A program made the translations under genes and the position numbers. DNA of 64,000 nt from a virus. Lineage: Duplodnaviria > Caudoviricetes. Below the pieces are notes generated by a model. That model was given only the letters and a program-made list of their open reading frames with translations, searched no databases and was not told the origin of the DNA. Numbering within the stretch: the first letter of the stretch is position 1; every line of letters begins with the position of its first letter. This document shows, in pieces, positions 9,200 through 16,613 of this stretch. The DNA lies in the IMG/VR virus record IMGVR_UViG_3300015214_000026, positions 32,001 through 96,000 of that record. One strand, given 5' to 3'.

Positions 9200-10262
9200 C
9201 GGCTTCCTCTAAGAAATAGATAATTTTTATAAGCTCTGGTAATACATAATGTTGTATATTAGAGTTAATGGAAAGCAATTCATTCTTAATAGCTACTAAT
9301 TTTGATCCTACAATAGCGGCTGTTCTTATATCAGGAACTGCTTTTCTTTCCTGTAGTTCTTTAACATGATAAAAAGCTGCCCCTACTCTTATACCGCTCA
9401 TATGGTTTATAAGATCATAATGGATAGCAGTGACTCTTTCCATTACGCCCCATATGTTTTTATCATATAATATATTAGTAAGATATTTAGCTTTTTCTTC
9501 TGCTTTCTTTTCAGAAGAATATAGACACATTATTACTTGTAAAGCAATCTGAGCATCTGTTTTATCAGATGATTTTCTAATACCATTTATAACCAATTCT
9601 TTAAAGGAAGAATATTCATTCTGAGAATCAGCTATTTCTTTTAAAAGCTGTAGCGATTCTCTAGGAACCCTATCGGATACCGTAGCTACTTCTTTACAAA
9701 TTTTCTTGATTTTGTCTTTTTCAAGCTTGGGGAAAGCTTTTTCTACTTTGGCTAATCGGAAAAGGTACTTAGCTAATCCTTCAACAGAAGGGCGCTCAAC
9801 AGCAATTTTATAAAGACGATTTAAAAGTTCTGGTTTTAATAAATGCGGTTTATCAGTACAGAGTATCCAAACTACTCTATCGTGTTCTGGCTCCTCAATT
9901 GTCTTTAACACCGCCGATTGGCTCTGACCTAGTAGTGCGTGTACTTCATCCATGATGAATACACGGTTCTTACCTCTAGGCTTAAATTGCGAGGTTTTAA
10001 TAAGAGATCGAATAGTGTCAATCCCTTTTTCATCTGCGATATTCTTCTCATCGATATCAGTAGCTTGGTCCGTAAGACCATTAGCAAGAATCTTCGCTAG
10101 CGTAGTTTTCCCCGTTCCTGTGCCGCCGTGAATAAGAATGGCGTGAACATCTTGTTTTTCAATTATTCTCTTAGCTTTTGATACGGCTACTTCATTCTCA
10201 AGAAAATCATCAAAATTCTTAGGTCTATACTTGACAGACCATTGTTTGAATTGCTTGCTCAA
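9192..10262 (-). CDS. dnaX: clamp loader AAA+ ATPase, DNA pol III gamma/tau-like
   Basis: KYRPKNF, GGTGTGKTT, IMDEVHAL, VLKTIEEP; TTG start. Confidence 0.9.
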   Translation of the reverse strand: MSKQFKQWSVKYRPKNFDDFLENEVAVSKAKRIIEKQDVHAILIHGGTGTGKTTLAKILANGLTDQATDIDEKNIADEKGIDTIRSLIKTSQFKPRGKNRVFIMDEVHALLGQSQSAVLKTIEEPEHDRVVWILCTDKPHLLKPELLNRLYKIAVERPSVEGLAKYLFRLAKVEKAFPKLEKDKIKKICKEVATVSDRVPRESLQLLKEIADSQNEYSSFKELVINGIRKSSDKTDAQIALQVIMCLYSSEKKAEEKAKYLTNILYDKNIWGVMERVTAIHYDLINHMSGIRVGAAFYHVKELQERKAVPDIRTAAIVGSKLVAIKNELLSINSNIQHYVLPELIKIIYFLEEADE

Positions 10263-10323
10263 GATTCAATCCTCTAAACATAGAACATTCAATCTTACTT
10301 TACCGTTAAAATACAAATCAAAT

Positions 10324-10872
10324 TTAATTTATACGAATTTGAAATGGCCCAAATACCGTAGTAGTTGTCCATAAAACATGGCATTGATGATGTAGTACGC
10401 CAGTTATAATAGAATTGGCTGGAATCGGTTTATCAGTTACAAGTTCCCATTCACCTTTATATATATTTCTATTATGCAGCATTTCTACATCGCTTTTGAC
10501 AATATTTATCACTCCATGAGTTGTATCTAAGCCATCTTCACTTATAATATTAGCCGCTACAGTTTGTTCTGATACGTATAAGCAATTAAATCGATACCAA
10601 GGATTAGAAGCAGATACGTTAAAAGTCCATTTATTTTCTGAACTTACATAGTTTTCTGCGTGCCACTCATTAAATACCCCTAAGAACCTAGATTCAATAG
10701 CAGGTCCGACATTTAAGCTGAATGTAAGCAATAACACTAGAACACCAGCTCGTATTCCAGTGTCTATTATAATATCTAAACATCTTCGTATAAAATATTG
10801 TATTTTATCATTATCGACTATATCAGCTAAGGTGTTGGACAGCCGATCTAAAGTCTTAGCAATGTTAATCAT
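10324..10872 (-). CDS. membrane-anchored protein with periplasmic domain
   Basis: one TM segment (GVLVLLLTFSLNVG) followed by a Cys-containing beta-rich domain. Confidence 0.65.
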   Translation of the reverse strand: MINIAKTLDRLSNTLADIVDNDKIQYFIRRCLDIIIDTGIRAGVLVLLLTFSLNVGPAIESRFLGVFNEWHAENYVSSENKWTFNVSASNPWYRFNCLYVSEQTVAANIISEDGLDTTHGVINIVKSDVEMLHNRNIYKGEWELVTDKPIPANSIITGVLHHQCHVLWTTTTVFGPFQIRIN

Positions 10873-11242
10873 CGAAGTGATCCATTTGTGGTGAAACTTT
10901 TATATTATTTTCATTAAGCTTAAATTCTAAATAACGTATTCTACTTTTTAATATTTTTATTTGTATGTATAGCTTGGTAACTGTATTATTGCGTTCTGCT
11001 AATTCTAATTGTAATCTTCGAGATTCTTCTTGACAACCTGATTTTTCTTTTTCATATTTTTCTATGGTTTGTCTAAAATATTTTTCTATTCGCGTTTCTT
11101 CTGGTTCTTTTTTAGCGCTTATACTAAGTAGAAATTTTAAAAGATGCTTAAGCAGTACAAATAAACCTGTTAGTATAATTGCTATAACAGCTATGCCGTC
11201 TTTTAATAATGGATCGGATATTATTTTTATTAAATCTATCAT
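10865..11242 (-). CDS. TM + coiled-coil protein (holin-like candidate)
   Basis: N-terminal TM, charged coiled coil. Confidence 0.6.
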   Translation of the reverse strand: MIDLIKIISDPLLKDGIAVIAIILTGLFVLLKHLLKFLLSISAKKEPEETRIEKYFRQTIEKYEKEKSGCQEESRRLQLELAERNNTVTKLYIQIKILKSRIRYLEFKLNENNIKVSPQMDHFDD

Positions 11243-11284
11243 AATAATTCAACATGACCGCTATCTAAACGTAGTTATCTAAAT

Positions 11285-11599
11285 TTATCTAGAATAAATG
11301 AAACGAATTACAGTGAAAAAATAAAGTCGAACAAATAAAGCAATAATGGTAGCAATTAATAGAAACAAACTGAATATAAAATTGTAATCAATATTTATAA
11401 ATATTGGTTTTGATACTAATAACCACGCACCTACACAGGCTTCTGTTAACCCTTCAATTAAACCTATGTACATGGATTCACGCTTACGCATGTTAGGACG
11501 TATAGATAGCAAGCCTAAAAATAGTAATAGACTGTTTAGTATTATAACTACAGCCGCTATATTTACAAAATACTCTATTATTGAGGTAAATTCTGGCAT
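11285..11599 (-). CDS. three-TM membrane protein (holin candidate)
   Basis: three hydrophobic segments in 104 aa. Confidence 0.6.
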   Translation of the reverse strand: MPEFTSIIEYFVNIAAVVIILNSLLLFLGLLSIRPNMRKRESMYIGLIEGLTEACVGAWLLVSKPIFINIDYNFIFSLFLLIATIIALFVRLYFFTVIRFIYSR

Positions 11600-11667
11600 T
11601 ATCTCTACTCTATCTTTTCATAGAAAAGAATTAGTAAAAAGTAGTATTTCTTGTGGAATAAAGGCAC

Positions 11668-11760
11668 AAAAAAGGGAGGATTTATCCTCCCAAAACTTAA
11701 ATAGATTGAACTTATAAAGTTGGTATATCAGCAACCGCCGGGTACTAAATCATGCACCCC
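11668..11760 (-). ncRNA. candidate ~93-nt small RNA
   Basis: TTGACG-N18-TATAAA promoter (11794-11765), 5' hairpin GGGTGC/GTACCC, terminator GGGAGGA/TCCTCCC + U6, no ORF. Confidence 0.5.
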
Positions 11761-11835
11761 ACAATTTATACAAATTTCATCGTAGAGGCGTCAATAGATA
11801 TTCTTGTTTTGTGGGATGGGTGCTTTCCCGTACAA

Positions 11836-12087
11836 TTAATCCTCTATTTTAACTCGACGAAGTTCGTATCCTAGCATACGATAAGCCATTTGTATTGAAA
11901 CACTTTGTGGATGTTTAACCTTGCTTTTCATCCAGTTATTCAAGGTACTAGAGGATAAACCAGAAACATTTGCTTTTGCGTAGGTACTTCGATTATCCCT
12001 ACGCAAAAGGGTTACAATATCATCCAACATAGGATCAATTTCTGGTTTTTCTGGCTTATTAACAAAGGTTCTCTGCTTTTTAACCAT
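11836..12087 (-). CDS. XRE/Cro-like helix-turn-helix protein
   Basis: STYAKANVSGLSSSTLNNW...KHPQ....MLGYEL. Confidence 0.8.
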   Translation of the reverse strand: MVKKQRTFVNKPEKPEIDPMLDDIVTLLRRDNRSTYAKANVSGLSSSTLNNWMKSKVKHPQSVSIQMAYRMLGYELRRVKIED

Positions 12088-12101
12088 TGTTGCATATTCC
12101 T

Positions 12102-12569
12102 TTATGTTTGTTCAGCTGTGTCTTCACCTAGAATATGTCTTACAATGAAATTTCTAATACGTAATAGACTTTCATTTTGATTCTGCAAATCTACAAGAAT
12201 AATATTTAAACGGTCATTAATTTTAGAAGATTCAACCGATCCATCTTTTTCTTCCGAAGATTCTTTTTCTTCCGAAGATTCGGGCATTCTATCAATTTGT
12301 GATAATAGTTGCGTAATAGTATTAATTGCGTAGTTATTATTATTCGTAATATTGGCAATTCTAGTAGTTAGATCGCAGGTAGACAATGTTTTATGTTTAC
12401 CAACTTTTTTAGATTTAGTTATAGGTAATTTATAACTATACTGATGATCGTCATCATCATCGTCGTCTTCGTTAACCCTGTTAATATAAGCTTTAGATTT
12501 CTTATTGCCCATAGAAATATCCTTTGGTGTCGATCGACTTTTTGTCGGAGCTGTTATTGGTCTAACCAT
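12102..12569 (-). CDS. hypothetical protein
   Basis: 155 aa with an Asp run and a tandem SSEEK repeat. Confidence 0.65.
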   Translation of the reverse strand: MVRPITAPTKSRSTPKDISMGNKKSKAYINRVNEDDDDDDDHQYSYKLPITKSKKVGKHKTLSTCDLTTRIANITNNNNYAINTITQLLSQIDRMPESSEEKESSEEKDGSVESSKINDRLNIILVDLQNQNESLLRIRNFIVRHILGEDTAEQT

Positions 12570-12691
12570 TATCTAGCCTTACCCTGCCCACGGTATGGTT
12601 TCTTCGTATTACGCTTGTTATTTGGTCGGCTGAATGACGAATTACCAATAGAGGTACGATGCTTCTTTGTAATGCCCTTTTTCTGTGCCAT
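12569..12691 (-). CDS. 40-aa basic protein, KKTSIG...YRGQGK type (missed by ORF track)
   Basis: MAQKKGITKKHRTSIGNSSFSRPNNKRNTKKPYRGQGKAR; GAAAGGAAA RBS; TAATG coupling to the next gene. Confidence 0.85.
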   Translation of the reverse strand: MAQKKGITKKHRTSIGNSSFSRPNNKRNTKKPYRGQGKAR

Positions 12692-12854
12692 GTTATTTTC
12701 CTTTCATTGCGCTGTTACTATATTCTATATCCGTTCGCCGGAGTTATCACTTCTGACTATACGATGAAGCACCACGGATAAACAGTATTGTCATTATGAC
12801 CCTTGCAGAATGTAGATAAACCCAACTGCTATCATAATCTAGCTTCAAAGAATC

Positions 12855-12883
12855 TGGTGAACTCGGTGGGGATCGAACCCTCT
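12855..12883 (-). pseudogene. 3' half of a split tRNA (T-arm, acceptor 3' strand, ACCA)
   Basis: GGG TTCGATC CCCAC CGAGTTC A CCA; acceptor strand pairs 7/7 with GAACTCG at 13457-13451. Confidence 0.75.
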
Positions 12884-12903
12884 TTGGATTTCTCCGAGGA
12901 ATT

Positions 12904-12979
12904 TGGTGGGTCCATCGGGATTTGAACCCGAATTTCGGAATTAAAAGTTCCGCACACTAACCAATTGTGTTATGGACCC
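12904..12979 (-). tRNA. tRNA-Lys(UUU)
   Basis: full cloverleaf GGGTCCA...CGGAA CTTTTAA TTCCG...TTCAAAT...TGGACCC ACCA. Confidence 0.93.
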
Positions 12980-12987
12980 AAATCTAT

Positions 12988-13386
12988 TTATAATCTACAC
13001 CAAGCTTTGTGCCCCGCGTAAGATTTAACAGATTTGAAAATCTTACCGCATTTACATCTTTTCCTTATTTTAGGATTAGAAAAACAACCTTCACCATTAA
13101 TTTTAGTTTTCACCTTATGACAAGTTCTGCATCTTAATTCACATTTATTGATTTCTTCCCAAAATCTAAGCTCTGAAAATGAGGAAGCTCTAGCTATTGT
13201 AATAGTTTTAGCCGAAGGGTCAACGTGGTCAAATTCTAATCTTGTTTTTCTAGAACAGTCTACACATTTACCGCCTAAATATTTTATAGCCTCTTTTCTT
13301 CTTTTACGCCATCTTTCCTTCATATAATCATTCATGTATTGATTGTATTTTTCTTTATCTTTAGATGTTTTTGATGTACTAGACAT
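12988..13386 (-). CDS. HNH homing endonuclease (true start probably MSSTS at 13386)
   Basis: YLGGKCVDC, LEFDHVDP, KCELRCRTCH, C-terminal CxC..H...C zinc finger; the upstream in-frame extension overlaps RNA structures. Confidence 0.9.
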   Translation of the reverse strand: MSSTSKTSKDKEKYNQYMNDYMKERWRKRRKEAIKYLGGKCVDCSRKTRLEFDHVDPSAKTITIARASSFSELRFWEEINKCELRCRTCHKVKTKINGEGCFSNPKIRKRCKCGKIFKSVKSYAGHKAWCRL

Positions 13387-13432
13387 TATAACCAATAACC
13401 TTACCCGCCCGGTGAGTATCGCATCCGTAATA

Positions 13433-13457
13433 GCTCTACTAGCTGAGCTACGAGTTC
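13433..13457 (-). pseudogene. 5' half of a split tRNA (acceptor 5' strand + D-arm)
   Basis: GAACTCG TA GCTC AGCTAGTA GAGC = tRNA positions 1-25. Confidence 0.75.
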
Positions 13458-13462
13458 GAGTT

Positions 13463-13894
13463 GTGGAGGGGTTAGGAAAAGCAGGAAACCTAACCCCTCC
13501 ACCAATCGTAGTAAACATTGCCGGCCTTCTCGAAAACATCCGCATGTTAGTTTCGATCGGCCACCTTTGTCTTTCGTCCATGAATGCCATCAATTACGAG
13601 GTTTCATCCATGGCATACTACGATTAACTAGAAGAAGTCGAGGGAACCAGCTTTGATATACTGGCGAGCCACCGAACGGCCTGCTTTACTTGATGAGGGT
13701 TCGGTCAACATCAAGCTATTCCCTCTACATCGCAGCCTCACCCCTTTCAAGCGGGGTAGCTTACTCGACGTATTCTTGTATTAGTTGGGACCAACCTTAC
13801 GTAGTTGGCGGGTCGCTTAGCGTCCTCTTATTCGATGGACAAGATCGAACTATCCCGTACCTATTTTAGTTTCTAGGACATACCTAAATAGGTA
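13463..13894 (-). ncRNA. tiled structured non-coding RNA domains, family unassigned
   Basis: abutting domains closed by inverted repeats: 13463-13502, 13504-13625, 13626-13786, 13787-13856, 13858-13894; GC-richer than flanks; lies between tRNAs. Confidence 0.7.
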
Positions 13895-13904
13895 AATGTG
13901 ATAG

Positions 13905-13981
13905 TGGTGGGAGCGGTCGGGTATGATCCGACATAGATTCCGTTATGAGCGGAAGGCATTCTCCATTTATGCTACACTCCC
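13905..13981 (-). tRNA. tRNA with CAU anticodon, probably Ile2 (lysidine type) rather than Met
   Basis: GGGAGTG...TTCCG CTCATAA CGGAA...GTCGG ATCATAC CCGAC CGCTCCC ACCA; atypical T-loop. Confidence 0.85.
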
Positions 13982-13996
13982 GAAAATTAATTTAGT

Positions 13997-14079
13997 TGGT
14001 GCCCGCTGCCGGACTCGAACCGGCACTCCGAAGAAGAGCATTTTAAGTGCTCCGCGGCTACCATTTACGCCAAGCGGGC
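13997..14079 (-). tRNA. tRNA-Leu(UAA)
   Basis: GCCCGCT...GAGCA CTTAAAA TGCTC, variable arm with UUCG loop, GCCGG TTCGAGT CCGGC, ACCA. Confidence 0.94.
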
Positions 14080-14113
14080 ATCAACTAAATTAATCTTAAG
14101 CGTCTACAAACGA

Positions 14114-14330
14114 AAGGGTGGTAAGATAAATCAGCCTCAGGCGGGGGACACAATTATCTGACTTACCTTACCTACAATCATCCGCGCGGGGGGATGAACG
14201 AATGACTGTATTTTACCCTTCCGCTTCTGCAAGTTACCTCGTATAGAAGCAACTCACAAACTCACAAACGTGTTTAAGACACTCTCGCAAAATATACAAC
14301 ACGTTTGGTTACTCTAGACCATCAGGGTCT
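14114..14330 (-). ncRNA. structured leader / ncRNA upstream of the tRNAs
   Basis: multibranch domain AAGGGT...ACCCTT (14114-14220) plus hairpins GCTTCT/AGAAGC, CAAACGTGTT/AACACGTTTG, AGACC/GGTCT. Confidence 0.55.
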
Positions 14331-14378
14331 GACTTCTCTTTACCGTGGGAAAAATCACTACCCTACTAGTCTACATAT

Positions 14379-14407
14379 AGTATATCCTACTACAAATACC
14401 CTGTCAA
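14379..14407 (-). promoter_or_regulatory. sigma70 promoter for the tRNA/ncRNA cluster
   Basis: TTGACA-N17-TATACT. Confidence 0.88.
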
Positions 14408-14410
14408 CCC

Positions 14411-15538
14411 CTATTTTAGTATCCTTTTGAACCCCATTTGATAGGGTATCTGGAGCAAACGTATACCCGGAGTAGCGTTAAAATCTATAATTACAGGACC
14501 TTTATCAGTTACAGCTATATCGAATCCAATTAACTTGGTGGGTCTGAAAACTTTTGCTGCCTTTTCTACGAAAGAAACAAGATCATCCCAATCAGGTACA
14601 ATTGCTCTTTTTACTTTTAGTTCAGCATTACCAAGATAATCTTTACCTCTATAGGCTGTATTAAACAAATGGCCGTTATCTAGATCGATAGCCACAGCGT
14701 AATTACCGCTTGTATTAAAATTGTCTACCCAATTTAACCCGCGAGATAACTTATACACGGCCCCTACAACGTTTCCTCGCAAAGTAACAAAACGTATGGT
14801 ATTCAAACCTTTGGAATGTCGTGTAAAGGATGGTTTAAATGAAGATTTAACTACCTTTGAAATAAGGTAGTCTTTATCGTTCATACGCTCTTTTAATTCT
14901 TCATATCCCATTTTACCAATAGGTGTTACAAAACTATCGGATAACCTATTATATTTATACGCTAATATTGTGTCGATACCGCCTACACCATCGATAGGTT
15001 TCATGAAGAATGGAGTATAATTAATAAGTTCTTTTTTAGAAATTTCTTGGCTATTAAATGTACCTAAGTCTTCTGTGGCGTGATCGTTACCTAACTTATA
15101 ACGGATCAGTTTATTCGCTAAATCCTTATCATCAAAATGAAGGAATTTCCTATCGTTTAGTTTATTCCATAAATCATACAATTTCAAACCGCTTATATAC
15201 GAATTTTTCTCTCCTTGTGTTTTATTATAAAGCCGGTATTCAAGATATTCATTCGGTGTTATTAAATTGGTTGCCGCCAATTTTGTTGTTTCTTGAATTA
15301 ATTTTACGCGATCTACACTATTAGGAGCTATCTTTTTATAAATTGTTGCTAAAGAAGCATTAGAATCGGGGTCTTCAATCAATAGAAGAAGACTACGTAT
15401 ATTACCTATAATATCTTCTTCAACGGATACTTGAGCTGATTCAGACTTATCTTTATAGGTCTTATATACAAATCTATAGGTATCAGAAGCCCATTTACCT
15501 TGCTTACCAAGAGCAATATCCATAATATCTAACCCCAT
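14411..15538 (-). CDS. ATP-grasp ligase, sugar-transfer-associated (ATPgrasp_ST-like)
   Basis: PNEYLEYRLY, FMKPIDGVGG, LNTIRFVT, VDNF..GNY, IGFDIAVTDKGPVIIDFNATPG. Confidence 0.88.
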   Translation of the reverse strand: MGLDIMDIALGKQGKWASDTYRFVYKTYKDKSESAQVSVEEDIIGNIRSLLLLIEDPDSNASLATIYKKIAPNSVDRVKLIQETTKLAATNLITPNEYLEYRLYNKTQGEKNSYISGLKLYDLWNKLNDRKFLHFDDKDLANKLIRYKLGNDHATEDLGTFNSQEISKKELINYTPFFMKPIDGVGGIDTILAYKYNRLSDSFVTPIGKMGYEELKERMNDKDYLISKVVKSSFKPSFTRHSKGLNTIRFVTLRGNVVGAVYKLSRGLNWVDNFNTSGNYAVAIDLDNGHLFNTAYRGKDYLGNAELKVKRAIVPDWDDLVSFVEKAAKVFRPTKLIGFDIAVTDKGPVIIDFNATPGIRLLQIPYQMGFKRILK

Positions 15539-15545
15539 TAAGTAA

Positions 15546-15568
15546 GGTGAGGGGTAGAACCCCTCACC
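15546..15568. terminator. hairpin, probable terminator or processing site
   Basis: GGTGAGGGG/CCCCTCACC. Confidence 0.65.
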
Positions 15569-15576
15569 ATTAAATT

Positions 15577-16155
15577 TTAATTAACTGATACAGAAAGGTT
15601 TTCAATCAAAACGCGAATAGAAGAAATGATTTGGTCTACGTGCTTGATTTGTTCATCAGTTTTACCTGATTCCATTTCAATACGGTTCTGTTTTTCCTGC
15701 ATCAATTTAGCATTCATTTGAGTAAGTTCGCCGATACGAGTTTCCAGAACCTTGATCTTATCAAGAATATCCTTAATCATAGCGGTATTAGTATCAATCT
15801 TATGATCGTATACCGATGAGATGCTTTCAATACGAACTTCATGTTCAGCAACGAGTTCTGCCTTACGCTTAAGGTAAGTAGCCAACTTATCCTTAGCTTC
15901 ATTACTTTCATTAGAAAGTAGGGCGGTGGGTAGAGCAGCATTTTTCTCCATGACTTTTGCAGTCGCCTCCTTGAGAGAAGCCCCCTTGTAGGCACCGAAA
16001 GGAAGAACTTTCTTTTCTTCGCTCGCGTTCTTTAGAAGTGTATTCATAAAGGTCTCCTTTTTATTAAAATCCTTACTAAGTTCTTGTTCAAGTTCCGCTG
16101 TCAAATTATCAAGCTTGTCAGCGACGTTATCAAAGTTGTTATTCAACATGTTCAT
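15577..16155 (-). CDS. coiled-coil protein
   Basis: long heptad pattern; AGGAGA RBS. Confidence 0.78.
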   Translation of the reverse strand: MNMLNNNFDNVADKLDNLTAELEQELSKDFNKKETFMNTLLKNASEEKKVLPFGAYKGASLKEATAKVMEKNAALPTALLSNESNEAKDKLATYLKRKAELVAEHEVRIESISSVYDHKIDTNTAMIKDILDKIKVLETRIGELTQMNAKLMQEKQNRIEMESGKTDEQIKHVDQIISSIRVLIENLSVSVN

Positions 16156-16170
16156 AATTCTCTCCTAAAC

Positions 16171-16291
16171 TGTCTCGATACACTTTATCATGTTTCATTA
16201 GACTGTCACGTCTCATTTAAAGCTTCCCTTGTTTCTATATTCTTGCATAACTCATTCAGTATCAATGATTCTGTTCTTCCATGTTAATTCA
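16171..16291 (-). repeat. TIGR-like dual-repeat array 2 (~3 units)
   Basis: alternating TGAATTA/AGAATCA/TGAGTTA/AGAAACA/TGAGACG/TGAAACA/CGAGACA motifs every 18-21 nt with unique spacers. Confidence 0.7.
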
Positions 16292-16300
16292 ATTACTATT

Positions 16301-16612
16301 TTATTCCGGCTCTTCTGGTTCTACATTAACCGGATATGCTTCTTCTAGAGATTCTTCGATAAGAAGCATAGCTTGATCTGCCGTTTCCTTTACCTGAATA
16401 TCTACCTTTCCTTCATTGAACTTAGGAAGAAAATCCGTGTTACCATAAATAAAACTAGTATGCTCATTATCTCCGGTTTTCTTGATTTTCGCTAGAGTAA
16501 CGAATTTACTAGTATCTGGCGTTTCTTCATCTATTAGGTTTGTAGGCGCGATAAAGAACAAATCGTTGAACATAAGAACCCATGTTCTAAATTTGAAATT
16601 CTCGTTTTTCAT
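16301..16612 (-). CDS. hypothetical protein between the Tas-like gene and array 2
   Basis: 103-aa ORF starting 1 nt after the Nop-domain gene stop. Confidence 0.75.
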   Translation of the reverse strand: MKNENFKFRTWVLMFNDLFFIAPTNLIDEETPDTSKFVTLAKIKKTGDNEHTSFIYGNTDFLPKFNEGKVDIQVKETADQAMLLIEESLEEAYPVNVEPEEPE

Positions 16613-16613
16613 T

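Noticed and set aside
12855-13457. tmRNA, or a group I intron within a tRNA
   Set aside because: No G3-U70 alanine acceptor or tag frame; no recognisable P7 core; no anticodon arm can be rebuilt from the flanks; the insert contains a whole tRNA
13465-13504. Plus-strand tRNA minihelix (12 bp + ACCA)
   Set aside because: Geometry fits, but the cluster is transcribed from the minus strand and no plus-strand promoter is seen
13387-13627. N-terminal extension of the HNH ORF to 13593 and the plus-strand ORF 13343..13627
   Set aside because: Both overlap the tRNA half and strong RNA stems and lack protein-like features
13504-13786. Hammerhead ribozyme or SRP RNA
   Set aside because: No CUGANGA core, and no intact SRP helix-8 motif despite an AAGCAG
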